Source: Octopus vulgaris
Taxonomy: Eukaryota
DNA length: 64,000 bases
Reading direction: 5' to 3'
Assembly: GCA_951406725.2 (NCBI GenBank)
Contig: OX597838.1
Span: 11,036,001 to 11,100,000, forward strand
This document shows, one piece after another, positions 55,436 through 64,000 of the stretch. A program made the position numbers and the translations under genes. Position 1 is the stretch's first letter, and each line of letters begins with the position of its first letter. Under the pieces are notes generated by a model. That model was not told the DNA's origin. It saw only the letters and a program-made list of their open reading frames with translations, and did no database searches.

Positions 55436-55695
55436 ACAAGGAATTTATGTCAACATCAAGATTCACAAAAACTTTTAGATGACTGCTCTCACGGAGCGCA
55501 TATATATATATATATTTATTGGAGTTAGGAAGGGCATCCTGGCGTTAGGAAGGGCATCCAGTTGTAAAAACTATGCCAAATCAGACTCGAGTCTGGTGCA
55601 GCTTTCCAGCTTGCCAGCCCTGGTCAAACCATCCAACCCATGTCAGCATGGACAACAGATGTTAAATGATGAAGTTATGTATATATGCATATGTA

Positions 55696-56062
55696 TGGCT
55701 GTGTGGTAAGTAGCTTGTTTACCAACCACATAGCTCTGGGTTCAGTCCCACTGCGTGGTACCCTGGGTAAGTGACTTCTACTATAGCCTTGGGCCGACCA
55801 AAGCCTTGTGAGTGGATTTGGTAGATGGAAACTGAAAGAAGCCCATTGTATATGTGTGTGTGTGTCTTTGTGTTTGTCCCCCCAACATCGCTTGACATCC
55901 AATGCTGGTGTGTTTACGTCCCTGTAACTTAGCAGTTCAGCAAAAAGAGACAGATAGAATAAGTACTAAGCTTACAAAGAATAAATCCTGGGGTCGATTT
56001 GCTCGTCTAAAAGGTGGTGCTCCAGCATGGCTGCAACCAACTGACTGAAACAAGTAAAAGAA
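55696..56062 (+). mobile_element. SINE family A
   Basis: Near full-length copy; 3'-truncated copies at about 21873-22010 and 58174-58435. Confidence 0.85.
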
Positions 56063-56198
56063 TACACACACACACACATATATATATTTTTTTGACCGAC
56101 CAGGCTATCAGATGTTGCTACACATCGCTGGTCACAATGCGCTTTGCATTGTTTTAGCCTTCAAATGACGCCACCCCAGTGGCTAAGCGAGCAGGCCA

Positions 56199-56254
<56 letters not shown>

Positions 56255-56315
56255 CATATATATATACACATATATATATACACATATATATATATACACA
56301 TATATATATATACAC

Positions 56316-56372
<57 letters not shown>

Positions 56373-56409
56373 AGCATCAAAAGCGGACGTTAAACGATGA
56401 TGATGATGA

Positions 56410-56439
<30 letters not shown>

Positions 56440-56444
<5 letters not shown>

Positions 56445-56732
56445 CACCATCCGCTCGTGTTCGTTGCCAGCCTCGGCTGGCCCCGTGCCGGTGACACGTA
56501 AAAGCACCATCCGTTCGTGGCCGTTGTGCCAGCTCTGTCTGGCACCTGTGCAGGTGGCACGTAAAAAACACCCACTACACTCGCGGAGTGGTTGGCGTTA
56601 GGAAGGGCATCCAGCCGTAGAAACACTGCCAAATCTGACTGGGCCTGATGAAGCCTTCCGGCTTCACAGACCCCAGTTAAACCATCCAACCCATGCTAGC
56701 ATGGAAAACGGACGCTAAATGATGATGATGAT
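56440..56732 (+). mobile_element. Family C retroposon
   Basis: Close to the 24150 copy; others at about 4130-4235, 32570-32880 and 43470-43755. Confidence 0.85.
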
Positions 56733-57089
56733 ATATATACACACATATACATATATAATTGGAGTGACAGCCAGAAGAAATGAATGAAATCTAGAGAATG
56801 CAACCCAACCGGTTCACTATTATAACACATTACAAATTCAATGTATCAATTTTGCATACTGTAACGGACAAAAATTTCCATTTTTGCTTGAAAGACTTCA
56901 GCCGAGTAATATGTAGTAAATCCTCTCTTATCAAAAGGCTGCATACAAATAATTGAATGGATACTTGCAGTATGTTGTCAAATAACCATTTTATTTTTTT
57001 GTTTGGCCTTTAATTTGTTTTAATGTGTTTTTTTAGGATTTGTTTTTTTTTTTACTTCTGACATCATACTTTTATAATTGAGAGAATGA

Positions 57090-57712
57090 TCAACATCAAT
57101 ATCATCATCAACACCATCATCATTTTCATCTTCTTCATCATCATCATCATCATCAATACCATCACCACTGCTACTGCTGTCATCATTACCACCATCATCA
57201 TCATTACCACCATCATCATCATTACCACCATCATCATCATTACCATCACCATCACCACCATCGTCATCATTACCATCACCACCATCATCATCATTACCAC
57301 CATCATCACCATCACCACCATCATCACCATCACCATCATCATTACCACCAACATCAACGCTACCACCACTGCCATCATCATTACCACCACCATCACCACC
57401 ATCATCATCATTACCATCACCACCATCATCATCATTCTCACCACCATCATCATCATTACCACCACCATCATCATCATTACTATCACCATCATCATCATCA
57501 TCATTACCATCACCACCATCATCATCATTACCATCACCACCATCATCATCATTCTCACCACCATCATCATCATTACCACCATCATCACCATCACCACCAT
57601 CATCATCATCATCATCATCATCCATCATCACCATCACCACCATCATCATCATCCTTACCACCATCATCATCATTACCACCATCATCATCATTATTACCAC
57701 CACCACCATCAT
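57090..57712. repeat. (CAT/CAC)n trinucleotide array with higher-order units
   Basis: Recurring cattaccaccatcatcat-type units; source of the poly-D/G, M/V and I/T ORFs. Confidence 0.95.
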
Positions 57713-58980
57713 TTGTGTTTCTATCCATTATTAAACAGCAACAAAACGGTATGGTTGGTTAGGAACCTCAGAAACAGAAACAAATCAGATTAAATCTTGA
57801 ACATATTTATACTCCACCCCTTCTCCCCCGAGGATTCAAAATGAAAAAAAAAAACAAAAAACAAGCAGGGGGAGGGAGGGATCAAAATCTGTCCTGTTAT
57901 CTGTTCAAATTCAACTTGAATGGTGTGTGAGGTGGGGGAGAGACATCAATTGAATTGATTATAGATCTCTCCTGAATCTAGATGACCTTGGAACTAATGA
58001 GAATCGGTGAAGGCTAAACAACGAAATTGAAGAATCACAATCAGTGGTTGCGTCTTTCTGTGATGCCTCTTTTAGCTTTCACTCGTTTTCATTATTGGAC
58101 GGCTGCCATGCTGGAGCATCACTTTGAGGGATTTAGTCAAACAAATCAAATCTACTACTTGTTTTCTAAACCTAGGAGTGGCTGTGTGGTAAGTAGCTTG
58201 CTTACCAACCACATGGTTCCGCATTCAGTCCCACTGCGTGGCACCTTGGGCAAGTGTCTTCTACTATAACCTCGGGCTGACCAAAGCCTTGTGAGTGGAT
58301 TTGGTAGACGGAAACTGAAAGAAGCCTGTCATATATATATATATGTATGTGTGTATGTATATGTTTCTGTGTTTGTGCCCCCAACATCACTTGACAACCG
58401 ATGCTGGTGTGTTTATGTCCCTGTAACTTAGCGGTATATACTCATCCACCCCCACTTGAAACACACACATGCTCACCCACACATTCACCAAAAAATATAT
58501 ACATACCTGCATACATGCTTGCACACACACACACACGTGCACAAAAAGGTTCATACACACATCTATATACGCACATGCACAAGAAAAAAGAAGGGTAGGG
58601 ACAAAATACAGAAAAATGTGTAAAAAAAAGTGTAAAAAATAAGCAATAAGAGTAAAACACGTCAATATACACACATACTCGCATGCATGCACACACACAT
58701 GTGCACAAATAAAAGGTTCATATACACGTCTATATACATACATGCACAACAAAAAAAAAACAGGGATAAAGGCAAAATACAGGAAAATGTGTAAGAAAAG
58801 TGTAAAAAACAAGTAAGATGATCTTTCTGTTTCTGTCTACCAAATCCACTCACGACACTTTGGTTGACCCAGGGCTATAGTAGAAGACACTTGCCCAAAA
58901 TTCCACACAACAGGACTGAAGGTGGAACCATGTGGTTAGATATCAAACACCCTATCACACAGTCCTGCTTGTGCTTATAT

Positions 58981-59365
58981 GGAAGCACTCCGTCGGTTAC
59001 GACGACGAGGGTTCCGGTTGATCCGAATCAACGGAACAGCCTGCTCGTGAAATTAATGTGTAAGTGGCTGAGCACTCCACAGACACGTGTACCCTTAACG
59101 TAGTTCTCGGGGATATTCAGCGTGACACAGAGAGTGACAAGGCCGGCCCTTTGAAATACAGGTACAACAGAAACAGGAAGTAAGAGTGAGAGAAAGTTGT
59201 GGTGAAAGAGTACAGCAGGGATCACCACCATCCCCTGCCGGAGCCTCGTGGAGCTTTTAGGTGTTTTCGCTCAATAAACACTCACAACGCTCGGTCTGGG
59301 AATCGAAACCGCGATCCTATGACCGCGAGTCCGCTGCCCTAACCACTGGGCCATTGCGCCTCCAC
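58981..59365 (-). mobile_element. Young tRNA(Arg)-like SINE family F with target site duplication
   Basis: Head ggcgcaatggcccagtggttagggcagcggactcgcggtc...ggtttcgattccc; CpG-rich; flanked by TGTGC(T/C)TATAT. Confidence 0.9.
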
Positions 59366-59689
59366 TGTGCCTATATACATTAGCATACGGATATCAGCAA
59401 AATAAGTGAAGCTGTTTTAATATTCAGTTGCAATGGATGAAGTTGTCAAGCATCATTTTCATCAGTGTCATCGACTGGATAGACTTTAATCATTTCTACA
59501 GTCGCTGCTGTTGCCTTAATTACCATCATTATATATCCATCATCATCATCATCATCATCATCATTATGGATCCTCTTGTCTACGTTTGCACAGGTCAGAC
59601 GGAATTCATTGAGGCAAAATTTATTACATGGCTGGATGCCTATCCTGTCACCTATTTCCAAATAAGGTAATGTTAATATTTTCCGAAGG

Positions 59690-60507
59690 CGACAAGCTGG
59701 CAGAGGGGTTAGCACATGGGGCATAATGCTTAGCAGCGGTTTGTCTCTCTGTACATTCCGAGTTCAAATTCTTGCAGGGTCAACTTTGCTTTTCATCCTT
59801 GTGGGGGCAATAAAATAAGTACCTATTTCTTTACTACCCACAGGGGGCTAAACACAGAGGAGACAAACAAGGACAGACAAACGGATTAAGTCGATTACAT
59901 CGACCCCAGTGCGTAACTGGTACTTAATTTATCGACCCCGAAAGGATGAAAGGCAAATTTGACCTCGGCGGAGTTTGAACTCACAACGTAACGACAGACG
60001 AAATACCGCTAAGCATTTCGTCCAGCGCGCTAACGATTCTGCCACCAGCTGACAACTAGGGCTGGTCTGTTTAGATCCCTGTAACTTAGGGGTTTTGCAA
60101 AAACAGACTGATAGAATAAGTACCTAACTTTAAAAATATAAAGTACGGGGGTCAGTTTGTTCAACTAAACCTTTCAAGGCAGGGTCCCAGCATGGCTGCA
60201 GTCTAATGACTGAAACAAGTAAAAACTAATATGTACAGTAATAATAATAATAATAATCCAAGGATAGAATTTCATAAATGTCTTAATGCCTCACTACATG
60301 CGTTTCCACAGATGATATTGTTTGTGTCTAGAATCCACATCCATCGGATGATTACAATATAAATTGTAATATCCATGGATATTACGGTGAGTCATTGTTC
60401 ATTTTGTCAGGTGATATATATCAGTAACATGAGAAAGGAGCAAAGCATTTATGAATTTGCTAAAATGAAAATAGGCTCAGTTAGTTTCCCCCCGTACCAT
60501 TCCTGAC

Positions 60508-60543
<36 letters not shown>

Positions 60544-60993
60544 GTTAAGGTGGTGAGCTAGAAGAATTGTTACTGTGCCAGGCAAAATGCTTAGCAGCAT
60601 TCCATCTGTCTTTACATTCTGCGTTCAAAAGCCGCCAAGGTGGACTTTGCCTTTCATCTTTGCAGGGTCGATAAATTAAGTACCAGTGAAACACTGGGGG
60701 TCGATGTAGTCAACTAGTCCCCTCCCCCAAAATTTCAGGCCTTGTAATTTAAGTAGAAAGGATTATTATTATTATCATTAGGCAGTGAGCTTAGCAGAAT
60801 TGTTAGCATACCGGGCAAAAAGCTTAGTGGCATGTTGTTTATCATTACGTTCTGAGTTCAAATGCTACCAAGGTCGACTTTACCTTTCATCCTTTCAAAG
60901 TCAATAAAATAAGTACCAGTTGACTACTGGGGTCGATGTAATCAACTAGTCCCTTCCCATCAAATTTCAGACCTTGTGCCTATAGTAGAAAGG

Positions 60994-61031
<38 letters not shown>

Positions 61032-61240
61032 CATCATTATTATAGCTGAAGCAGAATCGTTAGCATGCTTAGGGGCATTTCATCTGTCTTCACAACGGCA
61101 TGAGTTCAAATCTTACCTAAGTCATCTTTGCCTTTCGTCCTTTCAGGGTCGGTGAAATAAATACCAGTTGATCCCTGGGGTCAATGTAATTGACTTACAC
61201 CTCCTTGAAATATACTGGCCCTGTGCTAGCATTTGAAACC
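59690..61240. mobile_element. Cluster of SINE family B copies
   Basis: Tail-to-tail pair 59690-59822 (+) / 59823-60050 (-), then three + copies near 60548, 60780 and 61050 separated by (ATT)n. Confidence 0.8.
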
Positions 61241-61460
61241 ATTATTGCTTTAGATTTGCAATAAAGAAAAGCTAGATATAGGAATATTGCTATACTTAGG
61301 GGTGGTCATATATTTGCCAATTAAATACATGCACTACATAGTTGGTCTTCACTTCAGCTTTATTATTATTATTAATATTATTATTATTATTATCATCATC
61401 TTAGTGTCCTCATCAGAGACTATTTCATGTATCTCATGTTCTGCTTATTCCATTTTGTCT

Positions 61461-61519
<59 letters not shown>

Positions 61520-64000
61520 AACATAAACAGAGACAGTTTTGTATTTGAATTAGGGATGAAACAAAATAGGTCAAGACAAAATCGTTTATAACTGTAAGAG
61601 TAAGGAATTTTAAGGAGTCAAGAACCCCTTCAGTCATGAATGGCTATGGGATTGCACCTACGAAGTTCACCTCCCAGGCACGAGTCTGGGCAAGGTTGTT
61701 TGTGGAAGTCCAACAGTCAGTCACCCATGCATGCCAGTCACTCCTCTCCACGCCACCAATGTCATCTAAGGGAAAGGCACCAGTGATGTTGCAACTCATT
61801 TCTACAGCTGAGTAAACTGGAGCAACATGAAATGAAGTGTCTTGCTCAAGAACACAACACACAGCCCAGTCTGGGAATTTTGTGCTTGCGTGGTACCGAT
61901 GCTGCACATGCTGCCCATATTGAATTCAGAATGTTCTGAAGTATAGTGTTCACATCTCCAGAGGCATAAAATTTGAGCCAGTTTGGGTGTCGCAGCTCAG
62001 TACAATAAGAGCTCCAGTCTGCTTTATTCCAGTCAAAGTGGGCAGTTTCAAGATGGTTGTAGTTTTTGTTACAACCAATCAGAGGGAACTCACAAACTCA
62101 CAACCGTAAGGTCAATGCTCTAACTGAGCCATGCACCTTCCAATTGTAAATGTATATGATACCATAACAGTATATTAAGGTTATAAGGCATGAATATGGG
62201 GAGATAATAAGTGTCTGTACCTGAGCCTTAACACCCAAAAACATGTTTCAAATAAAAAGAAATTTACAAAAAGCTACCAAAATGAAACATCTAAAAATCT
62301 CAATATTGCGTCACGTCTACTGTCAGAATTAATTGAGAGCTATACACCTTTTTATGAGACACATCATCATCATCATTACTTTGTACTAAGAATGTTTCAT
62401 CTTCCACTCACTTCAAGTCAGTCTTTGGATATGTTTTACCAAAAATCCATCGATCTTTCTTGGAATTTCTTCTGAAATTTTTAGCACTTCAGAAGCTGTA
62501 AAATCTATACATTTATCATTTTGCCCTGTAACTATTCAATAGTGGTGAGTTTCATGATTGAAAAAATCATGGAAAATTGGAAAATATTCATAACATTTAA
62601 AATAGTGCAGTTTGTAAGCAGACATTTGTATAAACAGGCTTAACTCTGCACTGATAACCTATCTTTATCCTGACTGAACAATCTATTTTTAGTTTGACCA
62701 CATTTTATCATGGAGTCTGCAAATTCCTATTCTATTGGGAATTCAACCAAACATCAAGTCAGAAATTCTCAGAAACACATCCTGGACAGTTTAAACCTTA
62801 AATTTCTAGATGATAGAAACATTGCTAGACTAAGTGAGGACCTAAGTTATATAAAGCTTCAAGGCCTCTTGCTAAAACTTACAGTAGATCTCATAAAAAT
62901 TTAAATCATCATCATTATTTTGATGTCTGCTTTTCCATGCTTGAATGGGTTATACAGCATTTACTGAGGCAGATTGTCAGTGGCTGGATGCTCTCCTGTT
63001 GCCAACCTTCACCTGTTTCCAAGCAAGGTACACACACCAGTTGTCATGGTGGTGGGGGACAAACTCAAACACACATGTATATATATCATGGGCTTCCATC
63101 TACCAAATCCACTTACAGTTTCCATCTACCAAATCTACACACAAGGCTTTGGTCAGCCTGAGGCTAGAGTAGAAGACACTTGCCATGCATTGGGACTGAA
63201 CCCTGAACCATCTGGTTGGGAAACAAAGCTTCTTACCACACAGCCATACCTGCACCTATGATAATCTGATGCTTTCATATGAAACAACAATAGAGATTAA
63301 CAAACTAACTACATGGCTGTGTGTTCAACTTTCAACAGTCATTGTTCTTCAGCCTTTAAATTGGGGAAATGTTTAAAAACATGAGGATGATAATGTTCAG
63401 CAGCTCACCTCCATACCACTGCTATTATCTCACCAACCTATCACCTTTATCTAGCGCTTAGCAACTCGTAACTGAATATTAACAAGGAAATAATTGAATA
63501 AATAAATGCATATGCATTAAAATACATCGGTATTGTTACGGCACAGACAGCGTGGTTAGTGCTTAAAAACAGAATTATCAAAGACTGTGGTTATAAGTTA
63601 CATAACACAGAAGCAGCCTTTTGTATCTCACCGAATTTCCATATCCAAACCACACTAGAACGGACAGATAAAAGATGGGAAAGGAAGGAGCCATGGAGAG
63701 ATAACGAGTGAGTCAATGCATATATAAAATACATGCTACATCTTTGTTTATTTTTTATATATATCATCATCATCATCATTATTATTATTTAACATGTTTT
63801 CCTTGCTGGTATGGGTTGGATGGTTTCACAGGAACTGAAAAGGCCAGAATCCACACCAGGTTCCATAGTCTGTTTTGGCTTGGTTCCTACAGCTGGGTGC
63901 CTTTCTTAACAATCAACCACTTTACAGTGTACAGAATGCTTTTTACATGGCACCAGCACCAGTACTTTTTACATGGCACCAGCACCAATATTTTTTACAT

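Noticed and set aside
57020-57793. Long ORFs rich in D/G, M/V or I/T/H
   Set aside because: Translations of a (CAT/CAC)n array that is open in several frames; no exon evidence.
58500-58820. Two-copy tandem repeat of about 160 bp; also three roughly 90-bp units at 43160-43430
   Set aside because: Real but low-complexity or repeat-associated duplications with no further signal.
59290-59365. Possible tRNA-Arg gene
   Set aside because: It is the head of a SINE that has a body, tail and TSD.

Overview
AT-rich, microsatellite-dense eukaryotic DNA whose SINE families are typical of an octopus genome (recognised from memory, not verified). Nearly all ORFs in the supplied track are microsatellite or SINE artefacts. 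Real coding signal is limited to two in-phase minus-strand coiled-coil exons (17955-17833, 15527-15423) of an unidentified multi-exon gene, a few weaker exon candidates, and decayed retroelement fragments (Penelope-like RT and GIY-YIG, RTE endonuclease, Gypsy integrase tail). The rest is at least five SINE families, non-autonomous Helitrons/Helentron, mariner-, piggyBac- and hAT-type MITEs, foldback elements and tandem duplications. The most notable hidden signal is about ten minimal type I hammerhead ribozyme motifs from about eight unrelated sequence contexts. Several have palindromic stem III and lie in Penelope-style direct/inverted repeats beside (TA)n tracts. A young RTE-derived element also carries an HDV-ribozyme-like 5' end. 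Repeat boundaries were read by eye and are approximate.
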